Source of the DNA: a virus
DNA: 64,000 nt
Reading direction: 5' to 3' (one strand)
Virus record (IMG/VR): IMGVR_UViG_3300045988_151163
Location: 74,857-138,856 of that record
Both the position numbers and the translations under genes were made by a program. This document shows, piece by piece, positions 9,536-16,860 of the stretch (the first letter of the stretch is position 1; the number at the start of each line of letters is the position of its first letter). Under the pieces are notes generated by a model. That model did not search any database. It worked only from the letters and a program-made list of their open reading frames with translations, and was not told where the DNA came from.

Positions 9536-9877
9536 ATGGCAAAGGGACAAGTTGCAAAGCTGGAAGTAGCAGCAAAGATTATTGAAGCATTTGGCGATAA
9601 TGCATTTCTCTATAATGATGGTAAAGAGGTTAGAGTAAATACAGTAGAGAATGGCGAGCCGGTACAGATTAAGTTGACATTAACATGTGCAAAGACTGCG
9701 GTTACAAGTGGTGATGAAGATGCTCTTCCAACAAATGCTTTTGATACGATCGCGGCAACGCAGCCTAGTAGTGGAAGTGTATCTAAGGCAGATGTGCCAG
9801 TAACGCAGGCTTCCGCGACAGAGCAGAAGGATGTGGCAAATTTGCTTGGTGAATTAGGAATTACTATTACAATGTAG
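9536..9877 (+). CDS. hypothetical protein (GC-rich)
   Basis: Elevated GC; conserved leader upstream. Confidence 0.45.
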   Translation: MAKGQVAKLEVAAKIIEAFGDNAFLYNDGKEVRVNTVENGEPVQIKLTLTCAKTAVTSGDEDALPTNAFDTIAATQPSSGSVSKADVPVTQASATEQKDVANLLGELGITITM

Positions 9878-9883
9878 TAAGGA

Positions 9884-10177
9884 GTGAAAGGTATGGCACT
9901 ATACAGATGTGAAGAATGGACAAATGGTATCATGTGGTATTGTGAACATTCAGGTTCACATAATTGGGATACTCAGCTCTGGGTAGTGCCAGCCCGCATA
10001 CTAAACATGACACCAGCAGAGTTTATTAAGTTTTTGATTGCAGAATTTAAGCCAGATAAAGTTTACGGTAAAGAAGATGGTTCTTTTGTTGGTTGGGCAT
10101 GGAAATCTCAAGCAAAAATGAGATTATATAAAAATTTTATCAATGCTAAAGCAAGGGAGGTTAACTATCAAGTATGA
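9884..10177 (+). CDS. hypothetical protein
   Basis: RBS GGAGTG; stop overlaps the next start in an ATGA. Confidence 0.45.
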   Translation: MKGMALYRCEEWTNGIMWYCEHSGSHNWDTQLWVVPARILNMTPAEFIKFLIAEFKPDKVYGKEDGSFVGWAWKSQAKMRLYKNFINAKAREVNYQV

Positions 10178-10341
10178 CAGATGCAGAGTTAAGGGTTCAT
10201 GCAAACGAATTTTCTCTTAATCGTTTTGATTATGAGATTGAAAGGCATCTTGCTCCAGACTACATTGAAATTGTAGGTTGTATAGGCGGAGATGTTTTAA
10301 CATATCGTTTGTATAGAGATGGTTCTATTGGAGCAAAATAA
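10174..10341 (+). CDS. small hypothetical protein (55 aa)
   Basis: ATG overlaps the upstream TGA (ATGA) and follows GGGAGG; not in the track because it is under 60 aa. Confidence 0.3.
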   Translation: MTDAELRVHANEFSLNRFDYEIERHLAPDYIEIVGCIGGDVLTYRLYRDGSIGAK

Positions 10342-10354
10342 AATCATTTGAAAA

Positions 10355-10487
10355 ATAATAAAATTTTTGATATAATTATTATAGAAAGTTGGTAAGGAGT
10401 TATTAAAGAAAATAAAAGTTTTTTGATAATAAAATACCTACTTGAAAAAATAAAAAATTTATGATATAATATTTATAGAGAAAATAA
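10355..10487 (+). promoter_or_regulatory. two tandem copies of the promoter cassette upstream of the first tRNA (the first has a leader but no ORF)
   Basis: ttttgatataattattatagaaagttggtaaggag.. followed by tttatgatataatatttatagag.. then tRNA-Thr. Confidence 0.45.
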
Positions 10488-10559
10488 TCCGATTTAGTTC
10501 AAAGGCTAGAACCCCGGCTTTGTAACCCGGTAATATGTGTTCGATTCACATAATCGGAA
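10488..10559 (+). tRNA. tRNA-Thr(TGT)
   Basis: Hand-folded cloverleaf: acceptor TCCGATT/AATCGGA, D stem GTTC/GAAC, anticodon loop TTTGTAA, T arm ATGTG-TTCGATT-CACAT. Confidence 0.7.
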
Positions 10560-10786
10560 TTAACGTTTGATAGGATGTGCGTAGTGGCAACTTACTAACC
10601 TATCTGGGCAAAAGCGACAATAAGTTGTAGTAACAAATCGCGGTCTTTTAAAGGGCGAAAAATAAAAATCGTTGATAATTTGTTCTTTTCTCAGTGATCG
10701 CCTATATAAAAAATCTGAGAAATAATTATCGCGTGAGAGTGTGAAATCTTCCTAGATTTTCCCTTCGAGGTTGCTCTCTTTAATAT

Positions 10787-10859
10787 TCCCACATAGCTCA
10801 GTTGGTAGAGTTGCAGATTGTTAATCTGCCTGTCGCAGGTTCGAGCCCTGCTGTGGGAG
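10787..10859 (+). tRNA. tRNA-Asn(GTT)
   Basis: Acceptor TCCCACA/TGTGGGA; TAGCTCAGTTGGTAGAG D arm; anticodon loop TTGTTAA; T loop TTCGAGC. Confidence 0.75.
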
Positions 10860-11151
10860 CTTACTCTAAACAGGTTTTACTGTTAATGAGTATTGATGGT
10901 GGGTGCGGCGGAACCTTCCGATGTAAAAACAAAGTTAGCCATTGATGATAGAGGGGCATCACTAAACCTCTGGTGTAAAAGTAAGTGTGGTCTGCCAACG
11001 ACGAGGAGTTTGGTAGAGTTATAAGAGAAAGTATGGCACATGGCGTGCCAACTGAAGGACTTGTTTGGTTGATATTAGTCAATGGTATATTGCAGTATAT
11101 TATACGAAAAAGCCAAAATAACTCGGTGTACTTACTGCAATAAGTACATTT

Positions 11152-11221
11152 GCGGCATTGGTGTAATGGTAGCATAACCGTATGAAAGGAAGGTTGAAAG
11201 TTCGAGTCTTTCGATGCCGCT
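11152..11221 (+). tRNA. atypical tRNA-like gene (possibly a pseudo-tRNA)
   Basis: 7-bp acceptor GCGGCAT/ATGCCGC, D arm and T arm GAAAG-TTCGAGT-CTTTC are present, but the anticodon region folds only with a 12-nt loop and there is a 1-nt bulge before the 3' acceptor. Confidence 0.3.
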
Positions 11222-11511
11222 TTGCCCTAGCTTGAGGGTTGAGTATCAAGACGTCATAGGAGAGATTGCTGAGCATAGCTTTTCCTCACTCCTATCATAC
11301 GAAAATGATGAATAAAGATGTCTAAGATATGCCGTTAGATTGAGATATGTGGAGTTGACGTGACTAGCTCACCTTATGTGTTCCAAGTTATGCTTCTTGG
11401 ATACATAGAAAAAGCAATTTAATTGATTTTTATAAAAAATTTTGATATAATTATTATAGTAAATGAAAAGGAGATGCATTTTATGAAAAGTGATTTTAGT
11501 CACTTTAGAAA

Positions 11512-11584
11512 GGATTGTAAGCTAACTCGGTAGAAGCGCTTGGTTGAAGCCCAAGAGGAATTGGTTCGACACCAATACAATCCA
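11512..11584 (+). tRNA. tRNA-Phe(GAA)
   Basis: Acceptor GGATTGT/ACAATCC; anticodon arm CTTGG-TTGAAGC-CCAAG; T arm ATTGG-TTCGACA-CCAAT. Overlaps a vestigial promoter-RBS-ATG cassette. Confidence 0.65.
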
Positions 11585-11711
11585 TTTGAGAGAAACTGCG
11601 AAAGGAAAATTTGTTCTAACTCTCGTTAATAAAAAGTAACAAAAACCTCCTAGAGTTCGAGGATGATAAGGACTCCAAGTTAAAGGAATCTTGTCAAAAT
11701 TCCTACTTCAA

Positions 11712-11784
11712 GGCTCCATCGTCTAATGGTTCAGGATTCCTGATTCTCAGTCAGGGGATGATAGTTCGAATCTATCTGGAGTCA
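11712..11784 (+). tRNA. tRNA-Glu(CTC)
   Basis: Acceptor GGCTCCA/TGGAGTC; anticodon arm CCTGA-TTCTCAG-TCAGG; T arm GATAG-TTCGAAT-CTATC. Confidence 0.6.
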
Positions 11785-11787
11785 TAT

Positions 11788-11860
11788 AGCCCCATCTTCT
11801 AAAGGCTAGGATCCAGCCCTTTCACGGCTGAGATGCAGGGTTCAAGTCCCGCTGGGGTTA
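11788..11860 (+). tRNA. tRNA-Glu(TTC)-like
   Basis: Anticodon arm CAGCC-CTTTCAC-GGCTG is perfect and the acceptor AGCCCCA/TGGGGTT pairs with wobbles, but the T stem is irregular. Confidence 0.45.
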
Positions 11861-11862
11861 CT

Positions 11863-11935
11863 GTGGCGTTAGTTCAGTTGGTAGAACGTCGGATTGTGGA
11901 TCCGAACGTCGTGGGTTCAAATCCCACACGTCACC
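11863..11935 (+). tRNA. tRNA-His(GTG)
   Basis: Acceptor GTGGCGT/ACGTCAC; anticodon arm TCGGA-TTGTGGA-TCCGA; T arm GTGGG-TTCAAAT-CCCAC; no encoded G-1. Confidence 0.7.
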
Positions 11936-12338
11936 TTACAGTGTCAATGCTGTAGCCAAAAACATTGACTGTTACCTTTTGACTAAAAGGCGAGTTTAAA
12001 GAGCGATAGTGAATATGATTGTTGTGAGTTGTAATAGCTTGCGTAAAACGAGAGAGAGACATGACTGCGAATGGAATGTGGTAGATACCTTAATCGTAGA
12101 TAGATGAAACGTTGTATAACGTAACATTCTAGGATGGTAACCTCAAATGGCAATGAAATAACCTAATTAAATTGAAACGGGTCAGGTCCAATCGCCCGGT
12201 TTGGTATGTGAGGAAAGTGAGGTTGGTTTCCAGCTTACCCAAGACTTTATGTACTTGGGGACATATTCCTACTGGTTGTAAAAGGTCTTCGCATTTAAAG
12301 TGGTATTGAAAAATATATTCCGCCAAACCTTTAATTTT

Positions 12339-12411
12339 AGCTATATAGCTCAGTTGGTAGAGCAAGTTCTTCATATGAACAAGGTCATTGGTTCAAATCC
12401 AATTATAGCTA
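12339..12411 (+). tRNA. tRNA-Met or Ile2 (CAT)
   Basis: Acceptor AGCTATA/TATAGCT; TAGCTCAGTTGGTAGAGC; anticodon loop TTCATAT; T loop TTCAAAT. Confidence 0.7.
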
Positions 12412-12549
12412 TTAGTCGACAGCGCTGGTAGCGCCAGTTAGCCTCGATTACGTTTTGACCATTTAGAGTGTGAAGTAAATGGCAGTCCTAAGTACACGGA
12501 TTATATCTATTTGTACAATAGATGAATTTTAACAATGCATTGTTATTAT

Positions 12550-12625
12550 GGTTCCATCGCCTAGCTGGATATGGCACTCGTCTGTCACACGAGAATAAAC
12601 GCGAGTTCGAGCCTCGCTGGGACCG
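12550..12625 (+). tRNA. tRNA-Asp(GTC)
   Basis: Acceptor GGTTCCA/TGGGACC; anticodon arm CTCGT-CTGTCAC-ACGAG; T arm GCGAG-TTCGAGC-CTCGC. Confidence 0.7.
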
Positions 12626-12878
12626 CTACTTATATGCAAGTTAATCAAATTAGCCTCTGATTCAACTTAAACAGTAAGCAAAGTTGTTTTGGTTTTAGAA
12701 TTGTTTTGTTAGATTGAAAGCAAAAGACAAAATTCTCCTAGATACGTGAGTGGTAAAGCGTACAGTCGGCTACTGTCTAAAATGTGGTATAGATCCAGCT
12801 GGTTTGTAAACGAGGTTTACTTGCTAATAACCAGCAGGATTGGATCTATTATATAACAATAGAAAGGGATTGAGTATT

Positions 12879-13007
12879 ATGACAAGAGAACAGAAATTAG
12901 CAATTTTAAAGAATAGATTGGCAACACTTGAGGAAAATCCTAAGAATATCAAGTGTCCAGGTGTACTGCGGAAGTTGCGTAGACAGGTGCGCGTAATGGA
13001 GCAGTAA
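12879..13007 (+). CDS. possible small basic protein (42 aa)
   Basis: AAAGGGATTGAG RBS then ATG; MTREQKLAILKNRLATLEENPKNIKCPGVLRKLRRQVRVMEQ; sits between a long imperfect hairpin and the next tRNA. Confidence 0.2.
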   Translation: MTREQKLAILKNRLATLEENPKNIKCPGVLRKLRRQVRVMEQ

Positions 13008-13015
13008 TGCAACTA

Positions 13016-13088
13016 GCTGCTTGTCCTCGACGGTTTTGGGGAATCGGCTTATATCCGATGACACTGGGTTCGACTCCTAGGGGCAGCA
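13016..13088 (+). tRNA. tRNA-Ile(TAT) (reads AUA)
   Basis: Acceptor GCTGCTT/GGGCAGC with two G-U pairs; anticodon arm ATCGG-CTTATAT-CCGAT; T arm CTGGG-TTCGACT-CCTAG. Confidence 0.55.
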
Positions 13089-13722
13089 TTTAAAAATTTA
13101 ATATTCTCAGTAAAAACAAAAATGAATATCTTAGTGCAGATGTACTAACCACACAGCTAAGGCATGGCGAAAAGAGCTCGGCACGAACGAAACAAGGATA
13201 CTTGTGGATAGTGGTCCGCATTGAAAGTAGTGATACTGAAATGAAGAGGTTGGAAACCCAAAGTAAAGTCATGGCACTAGATATATCGCAAAATAGCTCA
13301 GGATGCGGTTCGGCGGAATAATAAAAAGGAGTTTAATCACTCCCTCTCCTAGTTAGGCTAAATCGGGGTGGTACCCAGTAGCAATCCTAGGAAATACCAA
13401 TAATCCGTTTTGCAATGAAACAACAGAAATGTTGATATAAGAACTGTATGCAACTCTAAGTAGCTTAATGCAAAGCAGTTGATAATTTGAATTAAAGAAT
13501 GAGGAAAATTCTTAATTATAAAAGTATATGCTGAATGGTTTAAGTGAAAGGTGCAGGTAGTCAATCCTGTCATAGATATGGCAATTATGCTGGGGTAGAG
13601 AAGTAAGGAATTAGCTAGCCTTGCTCAGCCTCTATCTCCTATGTAGAGTAATAATTTTGAAGATATGTTATAGTAAGTCGAAGGACTATTCTATTTTGTT
13701 TTTATTGAGAATATTAAATATC

Positions 13723-13792
13723 GCGGAATAGAGGAGTGGCTCCTTGCTAGCTTCATAGGCTAGAGACGCAGGTTCGAGTCCTGCTTCCGCCA
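13723..13792 (+). tRNA. tRNA-Met(CAT)-like, atypical
   Basis: Anticodon arm CTAGC-TTCATAG-GCTAG and T arm GCAGG-TTCGAGT-CCTGC are perfect, but the acceptor has a terminal mismatch and the D arm is short. A variant copy of its 5' end lies about 400 bp upstream at 13312-13335. Confidence 0.45.
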
Positions 13793-13944
13793 TTAGGTCA
13801 GATTCATGATTGACCTTCCTTCCTTTCCCAGTTTCCAAGTTCTGTTAAAAAACTTGGTTCATATAAAACCTTTCTTTGCAACGCGGTTGCCCGGTTTGAG
13901 ATCTCAAACCGGTTGCCGCTTTAAATATCAAATTGATTTTCATA

Positions 13945-13993
13945 AATATTTTTGATATAATATTTATAGAAAGTTAAGAAAGGAATTGATAAT
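13945..13993 (+). promoter_or_regulatory. conserved promoter/leader cassette
   Basis: tttttgatataatatttatagaaagttaagaaaggaattgataatATG. Confidence 0.55.
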
Positions 13994-14365
13994 ATGATTA
14001 TTAAATATAAAAGTAAAGGTTTTATGCATTTTAAATTAAATAATGATTATAAACTTGTATATCGAGTATCTACAATAGAAGATATAACTAAAGGTCTTTC
14101 ACCTATTGCTCAAGAAGCTATTGTAAATACTTTTGTACATCCAGGGTATGACTTATTCTCTGGTAAAGAATTTCTTAAAGATGTTCGTAACGGATGTATC
14201 ACTGATAATGATGGTATTTTGTTTGGTATTTATGTTGATGGATTTTATACAAATCTTGGATTGGATGAAGCTGGATTTTCACAAGGAAATTTTCTTGTAA
14301 GTGATAAAGTTTTTGAAGATTTGTGCAATAATCATGAGGTTATTGTTAATTGGGCAAATAAGTAA
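13994..14365 (+). CDS. hypothetical protein
   Basis: Conserved promoter/leader at 13945-13993; 123-aa ORF embedded inside the tRNA array. Confidence 0.5.
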   Translation: MIIKYKSKGFMHFKLNNDYKLVYRVSTIEDITKGLSPIAQEAIVNTFVHPGYDLFSGKEFLKDVRNGCITDNDGILFGIYVDGFYTNLGLDEAGFSQGNFLVSDKVFEDLCNNHEVIVNWANK

Positions 14366-14372
14366 AAATTAA

Positions 14373-14458
14373 GGGCGGGTAGCGTGATAAGGTAGACACA
14401 CCAGTCTGTAAAACTGGAGGCTTCATGTCCCGAGTGGGTTCGATTCCCTCTCCGCCCA
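14373..14458 (+). tRNA. tRNA-Tyr(GTA), class II
   Basis: Acceptor GGGCGGG/TCCGCCC; anticodon arm CCAGT-CTGTAAA-ACTGG; long variable arm; T loop TTCGATT. Confidence 0.6.
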
Positions 14459-14640
14459 TTTGAGCACAAACAGCAATTTTGCAATTTTAAAGAAGATGAT
14501 TTAGATTGTAACTTTAAAATTTTATGTGCTTAACTTTATTATAACACTCTTTCTAGTGACGTGTCGCGACAATACCTAGAATAAAGCATTTAATTAAGCC
14601 TTGCACAGGACAAGCAAGAAACTGATTAAGTCGGCAGAAG

Positions 14641-14749
14641 AGTGGACTGCCATTTTTATAGGCTAGGGTATTCGACTAACTAGATAAGTCGCCTTCCTTA
14701 TAAAGAGGAAACCGGGGTGCAATTCCCCGATACCACTGCAGCTAGCCTA
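14641..14749 (+). ncRNA. tRNA-like element with a non-canonical T loop (TGCAATT)
   Basis: Hairpin CGGGG-TGCAATT-CCCCG is followed by ATACCAC, which pairs 5 of 7 with AGTGGAC about 100 nt upstream; an A/T-loop hairpin TTCCT-TATAAAG-AGGAA lies just 5' of it. Same layout as the element at 27244-27338. Confidence 0.3.
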
Positions 14750-14753
14750 ATAA

Positions 14754-14836
14754 GCGGGTATGGTGGAATGGTAGACACATAGGACTTAAAATCCTAGGGT
14801 AGAAATACCGTGTGAGTTCGAATCTCACTACCCGTA
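14754..14836 (+). tRNA. tRNA-Leu(TAA), class II
   Basis: Acceptor GCGGGTA/TACCCGT; anticodon arm TAGGA-CTTAAAA-TCCTA; long variable arm; T arm GTGAG-TTCGAAT-CTCAC. Confidence 0.7.
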
Positions 14837-14840
14837 CTTT

Positions 14841-14915
14841 ACTCTCGTAGCTCAAATGGAATCAGAGCAAGGTCCTTCTAAGACTTTTGTTGCAGGTTCG
14901 AGTCCTGTCGGGAGT
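14841..14915 (+). tRNA. tRNA-Arg(TCT)
   Basis: Acceptor ACTCTCG/CGGGAGT; D arm GCTC..GAGC; anticodon loop CTTCTAA; T arm GCAGG-TTCGAGT-CCTGT. Confidence 0.65.
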
Positions 14916-14995
14916 GTTTAGACACACACAGCAATAATTATTAAAGAATTGAAAGTGAAGTCAATTATTAAATGTCAGTGTCTAGTTTATATTTT

Positions 14996-15066
14996 GCATG
15001 GAGGTCCGGGCGGTTAGGAGGAGGTCTGCAAAACCTCATAGGTTGGTTCGACTCCAACTTCATGCT
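14996..15066 (+). tRNA. tRNA-Cys(GCA)
   Basis: Acceptor GCATGGA/TTCATGC; anticodon arm GAGGT-CTGCAAA-ACCTC; T arm GTTGG-TTCGACT-CCAAC. Confidence 0.65.
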
Positions 15067-15208
15067 TCATTACAAAAAAGTCGAGGGTTTGGAATCCCAT
15101 TCTGGTAAAAGTTCAACCATAGAACTGCTTTAATGTAATGACCTAATAGACAGAACGCGCGTATTAAATTAAATTTATTCAATTATACAGAAAAAGTCAT
15201 AATTGAGG

Positions 15209-15279
15209 ATGTGTATAGTGTAAAGGTAGCACAAAAGAGTTTTAAACTTTAAGTTTAGGTTCGAATCCTAATACACATA
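15209..15279 (+). tRNA. tRNA-Lys(TTT); alternative fold would give anticodon TTA
   Basis: Acceptor ATGTGTA/TACACAT is perfect; D arm GTGT..GCAC; T arm TTAGG-TTCGAAT-CCTAA. The anticodon stem is only 4 bp in either register: loop GTTTTAA gives TTT, loop TTTTAAA gives TTA. Confidence 0.55.
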
Positions 15280-15280
15280 T

Positions 15281-15353
15281 TCTTCAGTAGTTTAATGGAT
15301 AAAACATTGGTCTACGGAACCAAAACTGTTGGGTTCAAATCCCACCTGAAGAA
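15281..15353 (+). tRNA. tRNA-Arg(ACG)
   Basis: Acceptor TCTTCAG/CTGAAGA; anticodon arm TTGGT-CTACGGA-ACCAA; T arm TTGGG-TTCAAAT-CCCAC. Confidence 0.7.
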
Positions 15354-15394
15354 TTAAGCGTCTGTAGCTCAGTAGTAGATTACTTTAATTATTA

Positions 15395-15466
15395 GCGCCG
15401 TTGGCATATCGGTTGTGCACACGACTTTTAATCGTGTCTAGGCGGGTTCAACTCCCGTGCGGCGCA
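15395..15466 (+). tRNA. tRNA-Lys(TTT)
   Basis: Acceptor GCGCCGT/GCGGCGC; D arm GCAT..GTGC; anticodon arm CACGA-CTTTTAA-TCGTG; T arm GCGGG-TTCAACT-CCCGT. Preceded at 15356-15380 by a tRNA 5'-half-like fragment. Confidence 0.65.
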
Positions 15467-15470
15467 TTAA

Positions 15471-15505
15471 GCCAGTATGGCGTAAGGGTATCGCAGAAGC
15501 TTGCT
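15471..15505 (+). tRNA. 5' part (acceptor, D arm, 5' anticodon stem) of a split class-II tRNA, possibly tRNA-Ser(GCT)
   Basis: GCCAGTA-TG-GCG..CGC-A-GAAGC-TTGCT.. pairs with the 3' part at 16205-16252 (7/7 acceptor pairs); a 0.7 kb insertion carrying a homing-endonuclease ORF separates the halves. Confidence 0.5.
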
Positions 15506-15530
15506 CTAATAAAGATATTATATACATTCT

Positions 15531-16190
15531 ATGCTACAAGAAACAAAAATTAAAGGACTTACCACAGAACTTCAATGTCAAATAAGTTTTACGCAATTAG
15601 GATATAATGTATCGGTTCCTTTATCTGAAGATTGTCGATATGATTTTATTGCTGATATTGAAGGTAAATTATTAAGAGTGCAAGTAAAAACTTGCAGAGA
15701 GGAAAATAATGGAATTGTATTTAATACAAAAAGTACTCATTTATCTGCTCAAGGTAGTGTCCAACATTCTTATTCAGAAAAAGATATAGATGTTTTTGCT
15801 ACTTATTACAATAATCAATGTTATTTAATTCCTGTTGGTCAATGTGGAATTAGCTCTAAAAAATTGTTGTTTAAAAAAAATTCTTGTAATCAAACTGGAG
15901 ATTTATTATCTGATTACACGCTTTTAAAAACTCTTTCAAAAATCTCTTATGATGAAAGAGAGCAAAAAGAACAAAAAGAAAATTTAAACAAAATTCTTTT
16001 TAAGAAAGAAGTGATTAAAATAAAACAATATTCTTTAAATGGTGAGTATTTAAATACATATTCTAGTTATGCTGATGCCTCAAGAGCAATAAATGTTGAA
16101 CGTGGTGGTTCTCATATTAGCCAAGCAGCTAATGGAAAACGCAAAACCGCATATGGTTTTGTATGGAAAGTAGAAAAAGAAGAGGAATAA
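15531..16190 (+). CDS. homing-endonuclease-like protein: PD-(D/E)xK nuclease fold plus a C-terminal DNA-binding module
   Basis: N-terminal D..DIEGK..VQVK (PD-(D/E)xK-like); C-terminal YSLNGEYLNTYSSYADASRAINVERGGSHISQAANGKRKTAYGFVWK resembles the IENR/NUMOD-type domains of homing endonucleases; sits inside a split tRNA gene. Confidence 0.5.
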   Translation: MLQETKIKGLTTELQCQISFTQLGYNVSVPLSEDCRYDFIADIEGKLLRVQVKTCREENNGIVFNTKSTHLSAQGSVQHSYSEKDIDVFATYYNNQCYLIPVGQCGISSKKLLFKKNSCNQTGDLLSDYTLLKTLSKISYDEREQKEQKENLNKILFKKEVIKIKQYSLNGEYLNTYSSYADASRAINVERGGSHISQAANGKRKTAYGFVWKVEKEEE

Positions 16191-16204
16191 AATCTTTTAA
16201 GAGC

Positions 16205-16252
16205 AAGCTTTCTATCCATCTGGATATCTAGGTTCGAATCCTAGTGCTGGCG
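16205..16252 (+). tRNA. 3' part of the split class-II tRNA (3' anticodon stem, long variable arm, T arm, acceptor)
   Basis: ..GCTTT-CTATCCATCTGGATAT-CTAGG-TTCGAAT-CCTAG-TGCTGGC-G; the acceptor pairs with GCCAGTA at 15471. Confidence 0.5.
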
Positions 16253-16321
16253 TTTTCTATTTGATATTTTCAAAAATATATATTATAATATATATAGAAA
16301 TTGAAAAGGGGTTGATAGAAA

Positions 16322-16507
16322 ATGTACATATGTCCTACCTGTAAAAAAGAATTTATTGAAGAAGAAAAACTTACAAAACATTTCTTATCTTGTTGGAAGG
16401 AACAACATCCTTATCACAAATCTAAAGCTGCTCCACGAAGTGCAGATATAGAAACAAGAGAAGTTAATGATGATATAGCTAATTTCTTTAATTCTTTGGA
16501 GGGATAA
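16322..16507 (+). CDS. small C2H2-type zinc-finger protein
   Basis: CPTCKKEF..(12)..HFLSCWKEQH. Confidence 0.45.
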   Translation: MYICPTCKKEFIEEEKLTKHFLSCWKEQHPYHKSKAAPRSADIETREVNDDIANFFNSLEG

Positions 16508-16509
16508 GT

Positions 16510-16860
16510 ATGGAAGAAGTTTTAGTAAAAACGCATTTAATAGTAACTGATATTCATGACGAATACAGTATTAAATGGTGCGGAAAAATCTTGGATACAA
16601 AGCCTAAGTTTAAAAATAACAAACCTATTTTTGCTATTGTAGGTGGAAAAGGTAGAATGGAAGTTAATTCTACCGATATGAAATATATTGAGGATTGTGC
16701 AAAATGTTTAGCCTCTCCAAAGGGGAGAGCTGCAGTTACTACTGATACTGCTCGTATTTACATTGTACAAGAAGATGATAGTGAAAAGTTATTGGGTATC
16801 GTTACTCAAAATCATATTAAGAGCTATGCTCCAATGTATGATAAGATTGGATATAGATAA
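16510..16860 (+). CDS. hypothetical protein
   Basis: RBS GGAGGG upstream; 116 aa. Confidence 0.5.
   Translation: MEEVLVKTHLIVTDIHDEYSIKWCGKILDTKPKFKNNKPIFAIVGGKGRMEVNSTDMKYIEDCAKCLASPKGRAAVTTDTARIYIVQEDDSEKLLGIVTQNHIKSYAPMYDKIGYR

Noticed and set aside
12129-12374. Minus-strand 81-aa ORF in the tRNA array
   Set aside because: It overlaps tRNA-Met (12339-12411) and lies in a structured non-coding spacer with no RBS.
14711-14727. CGGGG-TGCAATT-CCCCG interpreted as the T arm of a standard tRNA
   Set aside because: The loop lacks U55 and the upstream sequence cannot form a canonical cloverleaf of normal length. Retained as an atypical tRNA-like element rather than a tRNA.
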